Below, piece after piece: positions 48,941-58,912 of a stretch of DNA of 58,912 nucleotides; the stretch's first letter is position 1, and the number at the start of each line of letters is the position of its first letter. The DNA is taken from IMG/VR virus record IMGVR_UViG_3300038974_000374, positions 1 through 58,912 of that record. The stretch is one strand, 5' to 3'. The notes beneath the pieces are model-generated. The model had not been told where the DNA came from. It did no database searches and saw only the letters and a list, made by a program, of their open reading frames with translations. Both the position numbers and the translations under genes were made by a program. The DNA is from a virus (lineage: Duplodnaviria > Caudoviricetes).

Positions 48941-49879
48941 ATGGCTCCCGTTTTAAACGAACAACAATTTTTTATTTTAGAAAATCCAATGGATTTTTCG
49001 TTATCCGAACAAGAAGAATATGAATCAAAACAAACTGTATCTGTTTGGGTTAAAGATAAGGATGTTATAAGGGCGTCCACAGATATTTCACTATTACAAA
49101 AAATAGAACCTGGTGTTTATGCTGTAGATTTCAGTAGAGATATGGGTTTATTTTGTAAAAAAATTGATATTAAATCAGATGAGTTATTTATCTTTTCTGA
49201 TTCAATCACTCAAGAATTATTAGAAGAAATAAATTTGTTTTGGAGTAAAGCAGAATTATATAAAGCTAATAATTTAATTCACAAAAGAGGAATTCTTTTA
49301 GAAGGATTTCCTGGCACTGGTAAAAGCTCTATCATTTCAATATTATCAAATGAGATTATTGCAAAAGGTGGAGTAGTGTTTAAAATAAACGGGTTTAGAA
49401 ATCTAGATCATTATATTGAGTTCGTGAGAACAGGATTTAGAAAAATACAACCCGATACTCCAATTATTACAATACTTGAAGACTTAGATCAATATGAAGA
49501 TGTTGAGGTTGAATTGTTAGATTTTCTTGATGGAAAAACTCATCTAGATCATCACGTAATTATTGCAACTACAAATAACACCGAAATTATTCCAGATACA
49601 TTTTTAAGACCAAGTAGGATTGACCTAAAAGTTGAGATACCACTTCCTAATGAAATTACTCGAAGAGAGTATTTTACACACAAAGAAGTGCCTGAAAATG
49701 ATATTGAAGAATTAGTTTCTAAATCTAATAACTTTTCATTGGCGGATTTAAAAGAGTTGTACATTTGTATTTATTTATTGGATTATACAATTGACGAAGC
49801 AATTAATAAAATTTCTTCTCCAAGAGAAAAGAAAAATTATCTTCATTCTCCAGTAAATAAAGTTAAATTAGGACTTTAA
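48941..49879 (+). CDS. AAA+ ATPase
   Basis: GFPGTGKS, ILEDLD, ATTN, RPSRID. Confidence 0.85.
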   Translation: MAPVLNEQQFFILENPMDFSLSEQEEYESKQTVSVWVKDKDVIRASTDISLLQKIEPGVYAVDFSRDMGLFCKKIDIKSDELFIFSDSITQELLEEINLFWSKAELYKANNLIHKRGILLEGFPGTGKSSIISILSNEIIAKGGVVFKINGFRNLDHYIEFVRTGFRKIQPDTPIITILEDLDQYEDVEVELLDFLDGKTHLDHHVIIATTNNTEIIPDTFLRPSRIDLKVEIPLPNEITRREYFTHKEVPENDIEELVSKSNNFSLADLKELYICIYLLDYTIDEAINKISSPREKKNYLHSPVNKVKLGL

Positions 49880-50003
49880 CATTTTTTAACATAGGTGATT
49901 CAATTTATTTCAAAATAAAGTCGTACCTTTGTATTGTAATTAAAGCAGATAATATACTACGCAGATGAACAATTAAATTTAATTTTCAAAATGTAAATGA
50001 ATT

Positions 50004-50582
50004 ATGAAAACAGTAGAAGCACAAGGCTACAACAAAGAAAAAGCACTAGAATCAACAGGATTAGACGTTCAGTTAGAAATGTTAAAAAATGCTACTCAAG
50101 CATGGAAAAAAGCTGGTTCTCCAATGAACGCAAAAGATTTAAATCGCTTTATGGCAGATTATATCAAAAGAAACAAACTAGTTGGAGCTTATTTGGTAAT
50201 TGAGCCATCTTCAGACGACACTCGTCTTCGTCCTTATAGCGTTATCAACGAAACAACAAAAGGAAAACGCAAAACAACTACAACTTATCAGATTAAAGAA
50301 GCTGAACTTAAAGTGAAATTCACTAAAATGATTACTGAAGAAAATGAAGAAATCGAAGTTCCAGTAGTTGACGTAATTTCAGTAGGTGCTGTAGAAGCTC
50401 GCGCTGACAAGAAAGATGCCGCTCTCAAATTGATGAAGGATCTTATTGAAGTTAACAAGAAAGATTACGTTGTAGAAATCGTAAAAGAAGTAACAGAAGG
50501 TCAAAAATATGCTGGTTACGGTCAGTACACTCCTTCTAAGTCTGCAAAATTAGGTAAATTCCTATTTTTCGTACAAGACTAA
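50004..50582 (+). CDS. Conserved hypothetical protein with its own promoter and terminator
   Basis: TACCTTTG at 49924; terminator at 50606. Confidence 0.6.
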   Translation: MKTVEAQGYNKEKALESTGLDVQLEMLKNATQAWKKAGSPMNAKDLNRFMADYIKRNKLVGAYLVIEPSSDDTRLRPYSVINETTKGKRKTTTTYQIKEAELKVKFTKMITEENEEIEVPVVDVISVGAVEARADKKDAALKLMKDLIEVNKKDYVVEIVKEVTEGQKYAGYGQYTPSKSAKLGKFLFFVQD

Positions 50583-50605
50583 TTAGATTAGGTTAGTAAT
50601 CAGAT

Positions 50606-50638
50606 AGGTCAGGGTCGTAAGGCTCTGACCTTTTTTTA
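50606..50638 (+). terminator. Rho-independent terminator
   Basis: aggtcagggtc-gtaa-ggctctgacct followed by T run. Confidence 0.8.
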
Positions 50639-50682
50639 TTTAATTTATATTAACGGCGTAACAGCTTATAAACAATCAGTAA

Positions 50683-52059
50683 ATGGATAAAACAATAAAT
50701 CACGATGCATCAGTAGATGAAGCATTTGAAGGTAGATCAGTAATAAATGCTCTTAGAGATGACTCTAAAGTTATTGAAGTTGCTGGCGAAAAAGTAGGAA
50801 AAATAACCGGATATTCTTTTAAGGTATTGGTTAGAAATAAACCTGCTATTGAAGGAACTTTCACAAGAGAAGAAGTCGATCTGATGTATAGACTTTATTC
50901 AACAGAAGGATCTAATTTAACACAACGTACAGTTTCGAGATATTTCCCGAATTATACGTTCCAGGACTTTAAAAAGATAATGAAAGCTTTCAATATCAGT
51001 AAGTCCTCGGCTCCTCTGGCACCTCACGCAATAGAGGAAAAACCCGTAGATGAGTTAATCAAACTTACTCTGCAAAACAAAGAAAATGATTTTCTAAGAA
51101 AATTAGAACAAGATAGAAATAGGCTAACTGAGGTTAAGCTCAAAGAGATGACTAAATCTTATTATGATCTTAGACAACAAGTTGCGGATTTTAGTGAGTT
51201 TCTCGGATCAATCAAAATTGAAGGCAGATTTGAAATTGTAAAACCCTCTACCATAAATACGAAAACGCTTATGGTATATCTTAGTGATATGCATATTGGA
51301 GCAGATGTTTCAAGATATTCGGTTTATGAGAATAATTTCACTTATGAAACTGCCAGAGAAAGATTACAAAAAATTGCATTGAAAATTCAAGAAATTGCCT
51401 TGACAACTGGGTGTACAAATGTTATTGTTTGTAATATAGGTGATTCTCTTGACGGCTACAACGGTGAAACAACTCGAGGAGGTCATTTATTACCTCAAAA
51501 CATGAACAATAAAGATCAATTTAAGAATTATCTTCAAATGATGACTGAGTTCTTTGGCACTATTTCAGGTTGTGGGGTCTTCAATAACATCAAGTATTAT
51601 GCTGTAGAAGGCGGTAATCATGATGGAGATTTTGGATTTGCAGCTAATAAAGCTCTTGAAGCCATGTTATCAATTCTTAACCCTAGTATTGAAGTAACTA
51701 TCTTTGAAAAATACATTGAGCATTTTAAAGTAGAGAATCATACCTTTATTTTATGTCATGGAAAAGATGCAAAAGATGTATTTAAAAATATGCCTTTAGT
51801 TCTAAATGATAAAACCGAAAATCAAATAAATGAATATTTGGATTATAACGAAATTTATGGTAAAAATACCCACTTTATTAAAGGTGATTTGCATCAAACT
51901 GCTGTAACATTCGGAAAAAGATTCAGATATAAATCAGTTGCTTCATTCTTTGGCTCCAGCGAATGGATTCATAAGAATTTTGGAAATACCCGAGCTGCGG
52001 TAGATTTCGATGTAATTGATGGAGATACTATTTTAGAAACTCGATTAGTATTAAACTAA
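50683..52059 (+). CDS. Metallophosphoesterase with N-terminal extension
   Basis: LSDMHIG, IGDSLDG, GGNHD, CHGKD, KGDLHQ. Confidence 0.8.
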   Translation: MDKTINHDASVDEAFEGRSVINALRDDSKVIEVAGEKVGKITGYSFKVLVRNKPAIEGTFTREEVDLMYRLYSTEGSNLTQRTVSRYFPNYTFQDFKKIMKAFNISKSSAPLAPHAIEEKPVDELIKLTLQNKENDFLRKLEQDRNRLTEVKLKEMTKSYYDLRQQVADFSEFLGSIKIEGRFEIVKPSTINTKTLMVYLSDMHIGADVSRYSVYENNFTYETARERLQKIALKIQEIALTTGCTNVIVCNIGDSLDGYNGETTRGGHLLPQNMNNKDQFKNYLQMMTEFFGTISGCGVFNNIKYYAVEGGNHDGDFGFAANKALEAMLSILNPSIEVTIFEKYIEHFKVENHTFILCHGKDAKDVFKNMPLVLNDKTENQINEYLDYNEIYGKNTHFIKGDLHQTAVTFGKRFRYKSVASFFGSSEWIHKNFGNTRAAVDFDVIDGDTILETRLVLN

Positions 52060-52818
52060 ATGGATATAACTATTCAAGAATTATTGAAAGGTAAACCGAC
52101 AATAATTAAAAATAAAGAATTTTTTCAAACAAAAACATATGTAGAACCTTTCTTAGAAAGAATGTCTGGAATAACTAATGATATTCGAGTACAGGTAAAA
52201 ACACCTGAACAAATGACATTTACTAGAGATTCAGCAGACCTTACTTATAATAGAGTACTTATTCAAGCGGTTCTTCCGCCAGAACACACTATTGATGGTC
52301 ATGATGAAGTAATAGGTTTCTTATATGGAATTGATGTAAAAAGACCTGTTGTAAAAATTTACAGAGGTTATTTAAATCAAGCTTGTACAAACTTGACAGT
52401 ATTTAATCCACAATGGATTGATGTACAAGAATTGATTCCCGGAGATCCAATTAATTATAATGCTGTAAAGCATTTGATGGAACAAACAAACGATTTTGCA
52501 CTTAAACTAAAACATCTTAAAGAAACTTATTTAGACAGGACAAAACGAAAAGAATTTCTTGGCGAATGGATAGATTATTCTTTAAGAGAACATCAAGACT
52601 ATGGATTCGGTAAAGTAAAAATTGCGGTATCTACCCCAATTGATGCTTATAAACAACTGTTTATAGACCAAGATAGTCAGTATTTTATCCCTGAAGGGAT
52701 AGACCCTTCTTTATATGACGTTTACAATTCTTTTACTCAAATCATTACTGATGATAAGAAAGATATTATGAACAAATTTGAGAAAACCATCATTGTTAAT
52801 CGTTTACTTAATGTATAA
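52060..52818 (+). CDS. DUF932/DUF945-like protein
   Basis: ACTNL motif and SLYDVYNSFT C-terminal helix. Confidence 0.45.
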   Translation: MDITIQELLKGKPTIIKNKEFFQTKTYVEPFLERMSGITNDIRVQVKTPEQMTFTRDSADLTYNRVLIQAVLPPEHTIDGHDEVIGFLYGIDVKRPVVKIYRGYLNQACTNLTVFNPQWIDVQELIPGDPINYNAVKHLMEQTNDFALKLKHLKETYLDRTKRKEFLGEWIDYSLREHQDYGFGKVKIAVSTPIDAYKQLFIDQDSQYFIPEGIDPSLYDVYNSFTQIITDDKKDIMNKFEKTIIVNRLLNV

Positions 52819-53275
52819 TGAAAGTAATTAAGGTAATTTTTAACAATGAAACTACCTTTATAAATGATATTGTATCCGACATTGATATTCCACATATCTT
52901 TGAAGGATACAATATTAGTTATCTTAAAGATAGAAGAAAAGCTCGAGAAATAATGGAACGACATGGAACAAAAAATATTCCATTGGTTGTCTTTGAAGAT
53001 GAAAATCTTCAAGAATGTTCCGCTATATGGAGTGAATCTAATCCAGATTGGAAAAAAGAAATAATTAAAAAATTAAAAGAATAATGGTAATGTATTTTAC
53101 AGAAGAAGATTTAGCATCTTTCGGACAATATTTACTTTCTGATGAAAGACGAGAAATGATTGAAAGAGCATCAATCGGAGAAACTCAAGATGTTTTACAG
53201 GACAGATTAAAAAATGTCAGCAATTTGGATTTAGCAAATTGGGCACAAAGTTTAAATCAATCAATGGAACAATAA

Positions 53276-53761
53276 ATGAAGGTAAATGTTATTAATAAGA
53301 GCACTAATGAGTTACCAGTTTATGCTAAAGCTGGTGATTCTGGTGTTGATGTAAAAGCAGATTTTTCAAGAGGCATTTCAGATAAATTTATGTGGGGAGC
53401 TGCTTACGACGAAGAAAGAAAAGTAATTAATCTTTTTAGTGGAGGTAGACTCTTAGTTCCTACAGGTTTGTTTACATCTTTTCCTCCAGGATATGAAATT
53501 CAAGTGAGACCTCGAAGCGGATTAGCTTTGAAAAATGGAATTACTGTTTTAAATACCCCTGGTACAATTGATGCAGGTTATCGTAATGAGTTAGGAGTAA
53601 TCTTATTTAATAGCTCGGATGAAGTATTCGAAATTGCTCATGGTGATAGAATTGCTCAATTAGTATTAGCTAAAGTTTCCTTAATTGAATGGAATGAAGT
53701 TGAATCACTTGATGAATCAGATAGAGGACAAGGTGGATTAGGTAGTACAGGAATTAAGTAA
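53276..53761 (+). CDS. dut: dUTPase
   Basis: SGVD, RPRSG, GTIDAGYR, RIAQL, RGQGGLGSTG. Confidence 0.95.
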   Translation: MKVNVINKSTNELPVYAKAGDSGVDVKADFSRGISDKFMWGAAYDEERKVINLFSGGRLLVPTGLFTSFPPGYEIQVRPRSGLALKNGITVLNTPGTIDAGYRNELGVILFNSSDEVFEIAHGDRIAQLVLAKVSLIEWNEVESLDESDRGQGGLGSTGIK

Positions 53762-54924
53762 TGACAATAAATAAATTATATCTAGTAACAAGAAATGCTA
53801 GAGATAAAGTTCAAGTAGTTATAACTGAATTAGAACAAAATGGAAACACTTTTGTAATAAAAAGAACTACTGGACAATATCAAGGTAAAATGACTGATCA
53901 ACCTGAACTTACAATCGAGAGGGGTAAAGCCAAAAGATCAGTTTTACAACAAGCTGAATCAGAGTATAACAGCATTGTAAATAAATATTTAGATAAAGGA
54001 TATAAGAAATTAGATTCTTTAACTACTAAGAAGTTTGAAGAGATATCATCTTTAGAAATGGATACATTAGTTCCAACAATAAAGAGTGATACAAATGGAA
54101 ATTTAAAACCAATGTTAGCCAAATCTTCTAATAATTGTCAAAACTCTGTACTCAATAAACTTATGTACTGTTCACGAAAATTGAATGGTGTAAGATGTAT
54201 GGTTAAATGGTCAGGAGATGGAGTAGTTACAATTAGTAGAGGAGGTAAGAATTATGATGTTGCTGCAACTAAAATTACAGCAGAATTATATAATTATCTT
54301 AAAGAAAATCCTGAAATTATATTGGATGGAGAATTGTATCACCATGGTACATATCTTCAGGTAATATCTGGAATTGCAAGATTAGAAACTTGGGAAGACA
54401 GATGTGATATACTTGAATATTGGATTTATGACATTGCAAGTGGTTCAATGGTATTTGAAAAACGTCTTGAAATATTAGATGAATTAAGAGATACTTTTGA
54501 AGGAAACCCTAAAATCAAAGTACTTGAACATATCCCCACCGAAAGTTGGGAAGAAATTCAAAGATTACATGATAAATGGGTATCTGAAGGATTTGAAGGT
54601 CTGGTTGCAAGAAAGCCAGATAAAGTATATGAATTTGGTAAAAGAGGTTCTACAATGATAAAGGTAAAACAATATCAAGATGCAGAATTTCTAATTGTTG
54701 ATTATCAAGATGGATTAAGAGAAGAAGATTTTTGCTTCATTTGTCAAACAGATGATGGTAAATTATTCTCTGCTAAGCCAGTTGGTACGAGAGAGATGAA
54801 AGCTGAGTATATTAGTAATATTGACGATATTATTGGTAAAAAAGGAGTAGTAAAATATTTTGAAATATCTAAAGATGGGATTCCTCAACAGCCAGTATTT
54901 CAAGCAGTAAGAATTGACTTATAA
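53761..54924 (+). CDS. ATP-dependent DNA ligase
   Basis: PMLA, KLNGVR, LDGELY, EGLVAR, KVK. Confidence 0.9.
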   Translation: MTINKLYLVTRNARDKVQVVITELEQNGNTFVIKRTTGQYQGKMTDQPELTIERGKAKRSVLQQAESEYNSIVNKYLDKGYKKLDSLTTKKFEEISSLEMDTLVPTIKSDTNGNLKPMLAKSSNNCQNSVLNKLMYCSRKLNGVRCMVKWSGDGVVTISRGGKNYDVAATKITAELYNYLKENPEIILDGELYHHGTYLQVISGIARLETWEDRCDILEYWIYDIASGSMVFEKRLEILDELRDTFEGNPKIKVLEHIPTESWEEIQRLHDKWVSEGFEGLVARKPDKVYEFGKRGSTMIKVKQYQDAEFLIVDYQDGLREEDFCFICQTDDGKLFSAKPVGTREMKAEYISNIDDIIGKKGVVKYFEISKDGIPQQPVFQAVRIDL

Positions 54925-55279
54925 TGAAAGAGTTGATATTTAAAAAAGTAAAAGAAATTTTATCAGATCCTAGTAAAGTATTTTCTCATAAAATATATAT
55001 TCACAAGAGAAATGAATATTATGGACTTACCATATATGGGGATGATAATGAAACATTGGTGGGAATAGATTTAAGAGTTTATGAAAATTTTGTAACTGAA
55101 CCTACTGATAATTTTGAAGTTGGAAAATCAAAAAAAGTAAGAGAATTAAACGTTCTTGTAAATCACTTAGGTAGTGCAACAATTGATTTGTCTGAAGATG
55201 AGGTAATTGAATTTATATATTTGTACAATAATTTGTATAAAATATTTGAAACTAAATTAGTTGAAGAAATTAAAATATA

Positions 55280-55582
55280 ATGAAAGAAACAACAAATGAA
55301 AATTTTTCGTCGGATATTAGTAGTAATAAAAACGTTATTATTGAGTTTTCTGCGGAATGGTGTGGTCCTTGCAAAACTATGGTACCAATACTTGAAGAAA
55401 TTGATAGTCAAAATGAAAACATTTCTGTTTTCAAAGTAGATGCGGATACACAAGATGAATTGTGTAATCAATTTGGAATTCGCAATATTCCAACAACATT
55501 ATACTATCGCGATGGTGATCTAATTGATCGAACAGTTGGATCAAAATCTAAAGACGCGATACTTAGTGTATTTAACGATTAA
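55280..55582 (+). CDS. trxA: Thioredoxin
   Basis: WCGPC, IRNIPT. Confidence 0.93.
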   Translation: MKETTNENFSSDISSNKNVIIEFSAEWCGPCKTMVPILEEIDSQNENISVFKVDADTQDELCNQFGIRNIPTTLYYRDGDLIDRTVGSKSKDAILSVFND

Positions 55583-56384
55583 AAAAATAAAAAATTATGT
55601 ATGCATTATATAAAGTAGAAGTTTGGATTAAAGCAGATTTAGATTCTGGAACTCCATTATCAAAAGTGCTACAAGAAGTAGAGAATATTCCATCAGGTAA
55701 AGTTGACTTTATTGATACGGAAGATTATCTCACAAAAACAGAAAAGTTTGTTCAGCCAACTGAAGAAGCTACTTTAAAAATATACTCTGATCAAGGAGTA
55801 GAGTTATTTACAAATAAAAAAGAATAATTATGCCAACAATAGTAAAACAATGCAATTGTAAATCTGATTTTCAGGATAGAACATATGGTAAAAATATGCG
55901 TCTACATAATGAAAAATTACAAGGTAAGGGTTCTGTATGTACAGTTTGTGGATCAATTAAGAAGTAATATGGATGTAATAAAATACTTAGAACTTCCTGA
56001 AGATATCAGAAGAGAACTTTACAAATACCATCATAATTATGATGAAACGTTTGAAGAATTTGATTCCGATATTGCAGAATGTACAACAAATGGCGATCTT
56101 GAAAATTTTGCTGAATATGTTAAAGAATGGGGAGAATGTAAAGAGACAGTTTCTGGAGGTTATATAATTTCAGACTATGTACTTGACACTGAAAATTATC
56201 GATTCACTGTTCAAGGCAGTCAGTATATTAAAGATCAAGGATTATGTGATTTTGAATTGAACGAGTTAGTAAATGTAATTCCTTTATCAGAAATTGAAGA
56301 AATGATTACAATTACTAAAAAAGAATACGACAGATTGTTGGAGATTGAATCCCAATTTAATAAATTGAGTTCGTAAAAAAATTT

Positions 56385-57002
56385 ATGACAGTTGATAATT
56401 TTGAATTAATTAAACAACTTTTAGTTTTTGAATCTGAGGATGATTTTTACCATCTTCAGATTCTTAAACGTAAAAAAGATTGTGCAGAACACGAAAAAGG
56501 ACGTAATAATAATGCGAGATGTATTAAGACTTACTATATAAGAAATCGTGAATATTTAGATAGTAAAAAGGATGAAATAATTTCATTATGTAAATTGTTT
56601 AAAGCAAGGGCCTATATTAACTTAAATAAAAAAAGTTATCAAAAGTCTGCAATGTATATGCTTAGAGAAGTAACCGATAGGATAATCTTTAAGCAATATG
56701 AACATATTTACAGAGCTTATGACTCCGTAATTGGAAGTAGCGAAGTAAATTCTGGAGAAAAAAGATGGATTGTTGATATTGACAATGTAGAAAATGTAAA
56801 TAACTTAGAGTTATATAAGAATAATATTAATTCTTGTCGCCCAGAAGGTGATAAGATTATTGCAGAAATTCCAACTAAAAATGGAATTCATCTTATTACT
56901 AGACCATTTAACATTAAAGAAATGGAACCATTTCAATGTCTGCATCCTTTTGATATTCAGAAAAATAATCCTACTTTATTATATTTTGACGACAATGAAT
57001 AG
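56385..57002 (+). CDS. Conserved hypothetical phage protein
   Basis: 205 aa; WIVDID and PTKNGIHLIT motifs. Confidence 0.6.
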   Translation: MTVDNFELIKQLLVFESEDDFYHLQILKRKKDCAEHEKGRNNNARCIKTYYIRNREYLDSKKDEIISLCKLFKARAYINLNKKSYQKSAMYMLREVTDRIIFKQYEHIYRAYDSVIGSSEVNSGEKRWIVDIDNVENVNNLELYKNNINSCRPEGDKIIAEIPTKNGIHLITRPFNIKEMEPFQCLHPFDIQKNNPTLLYFDDNE

Positions 57003-57435
57003 TCCAAAAATATATTTAATTGATGAAATTCGATTAAAAAATTTATTAAAAGAAAGTAGATTGTTAGCCGCATTATTAAATGGAGGAGTTGACAATTGGG
57101 AATGGTATGACGAATCAATTAATCAGTTTGAAATTAATACTGGTGAAGATATTGATAACATATCAACAGAGTTAGAAACATTTGATTTATATAAATAATG
57201 GATACTGCTTACTTAAATAAAATAAGTTATCATTTTTCACAAGAAGGTAATACCAGTGGTACAACTTCTGAAGATGAAGAATTGATTGTTGAAGTTGAAG
57301 GACCAGTTGGTTCTATAGAAAGAGAAGGAGGGTTTTTAGTAATTAGATCTTCTACTGGATGGAGCATAAATGATGCTGATGAATTAATGGAAATACTTAA
57401 CCTTGTTCAAAAAGGAGTACCTCTTTCAAAACAAA

Positions 57436-58746
57436 ATGAAAATAAATAAACCAAAAAATGAAAACTATGCAGCAATAGTTGTACAAATTAAAACAATTGT
57501 TCCACTTGAAAATTGTGATAATGTACATGCTGCTATTATACTTGGTAATCAAGTAATTGTAGATAAATCTGTGAAAGTTGGAGATATTGGATTGTATTTT
57601 CCTTTAGAAACTCAACTTTCACAACAATACCTTTCTAACAATAATCTTTATAGAAAACCTGAACTTAATGTTAATCCAGAAAATAAAGGATATTTTGAAG
57701 AAAATGGTAGAATTAGATGTGTAAAATTTAGGGGAAATAAATCTGAGGGTTTATTTATGCCTATTGAATCTATATGTTTTATATCAAATCCTCCAGTTGA
57801 ATTGAATTTAAATGATACATTTGACGAATTAAATGGAGTACCTATTTGTACAAAATATGTAGTAAAACAAAATAAAACTCCCGGTCAGCCTGGGACAGGT
57901 AAAAAAGGAAAAGGTAAAATAGCAAGAGAAAACAAGTTAATCGAAAATCAATTTAGATTTCACGATGATACTTCCATGCTATACAAAAACTTACATAAAA
58001 TTAAACCTAATGATTTAATTTCTGTTACTTACAAAATGCATGGTACATCTGGTATTTCATCTAAAGTATTATGCAAAAGACCACTTAAATGGTATGAAAA
58101 ATTTCTTATCAAACTTGGAGTAAAAGTAGTTAATACTGAGTATGACTATATTTATTCTTCTCGTAAAGTAATCAAAAATCCTGATTTAAATCCAAATGCT
58201 CAACATTATTATAATGAAGATATTTGGGGAATTGCTCATAATGAAGTTAAAGATTTTCTGCAAGCGGGAATGACTTTATATTATGAGATTGTTGGATACT
58301 TGCCTTCTGGTGCTGAAATCCAGAAAGGATATGATTATGGATGTAAACCAAAAGAACATGAAATTAGAATATATAGAATTACTTATACTAACCCTGAAGG
58401 AAAAGTATTTGAATTCAGTGCTAAACAAGTTCAAGATTGGTGTCATTATAAAGGTTTAAAAGCAGTTCCTCAATTGTATTATGGATTTGCCAAAGATTTG
58501 GGTAAACACGCTAATTTATTACATCTTGATAAACCTTGGGATTCTGAAAAATTCTTAGATCTTATAAAAACAAAATACAATGAAAAAGATTGTTATATTT
58601 GTAAAAACAAGGTTCCTGAAGAGGGATGTGTTATTCGAGTAGAACAAGAAAATTTTGAAGCGTTTAAACAAAAGTCTAACCGATTCTATGAATTAGAAAC
58701 AAAACAGCTTGATAAAGGCGAATCTAATATAGAAGACGAAAATTAA
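57436..58746 (+). CDS. RNA ligase (Rnl2/DRB0094-like, with N-terminal tRNA-binding OB fold)
   Basis: YKMHGTS, YEIVG, VPQLY, EGCVIR, FKQKS; N-terminal VKFRGNKSEG. Confidence 0.8.
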   Translation: MKINKPKNENYAAIVVQIKTIVPLENCDNVHAAIILGNQVIVDKSVKVGDIGLYFPLETQLSQQYLSNNNLYRKPELNVNPENKGYFEENGRIRCVKFRGNKSEGLFMPIESICFISNPPVELNLNDTFDELNGVPICTKYVVKQNKTPGQPGTGKKGKGKIARENKLIENQFRFHDDTSMLYKNLHKIKPNDLISVTYKMHGTSGISSKVLCKRPLKWYEKFLIKLGVKVVNTEYDYIYSSRKVIKNPDLNPNAQHYYNEDIWGIAHNEVKDFLQAGMTLYYEIVGYLPSGAEIQKGYDYGCKPKEHEIRIYRITYTNPEGKVFEFSAKQVQDWCHYKGLKAVPQLYYGFAKDLGKHANLLHLDKPWDSEKFLDLIKTKYNEKDCYICKNKVPEEGCVIRVEQENFEAFKQKSNRFYELETKQLDKGESNIEDEN

Positions 58747-58764
58747 AAACAATGAACAACGAAC

Positions 58765-58912
58765 TAGATGGATTAGATACATGGGATTAATTTGAAGATG
58801 ATTCGGATGAAGATTATTTTAACGATGAAATGGATTCTTTTTTTTATGAAGATGAAATAGATGGATTAGATACATGGGATTAATTTGAAGATGATTCGGA
58901 TGAAGATTATTT
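58765..58912 (+). repeat. 55-bp exact direct repeat, 93-bp period, running to the window end
   Basis: 58765-58819 is identical to 58858-58912. Confidence 0.85.

Noticed and set aside
1772-55471. Minus-strand ORFs and ORFs overlapping tRNAs in the ORF track
   Set aside because: Shadow frames of + strand genes or RNA genes with no recognisable motifs
58765-58912. Biologically meaningful terminal repeat
   Set aside because: An exact 55-nt duplicate at the sequence end matches a common assembler k-mer size; likely a short tandem repeat or contig-end artefact

Overview
AT-rich, densely coding window with essentially all genes on the + strand. It looks like part of a large Bacteroidota-infecting, crAss-like (Crassvirales-type) phage genome. 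The left ~26 kb is a translation/RNA-repair accessory region: a DUF2828/vWA (Ro60/TROVE-like) gene, seven CAGCAA-motif stem RNAs, a tmRNA, about 25 tRNA or tRNA-like genes (including an amber CTA suppressor, a rearranged tRNA-Ile and an intron-split tRNA-Leu), a tRNA-linked minimal HDV-like (theta) ribozyme, two Pth2 genes, NADAR, a HAD phosphatase and several homing endonucleases. The right ~33 kb is the replication module: PolB, SF2 helicase and DnaB (each split in Walker A by a group I intron), primase, exonuclease, dUTPase, DNA ligase and RNA ligase. Top candidate for an undescribed system: the DUF2828 protein with its family of Y-RNA-like, tRNA/anticodon-mimicking small RNAs (2246-2558, 5837-6308). 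Second: five homing endonuclease genes appear to use TGA for Trp while core genes use TGA as stop. All calls are by eye from motifs and base-pairing; no searches were run.
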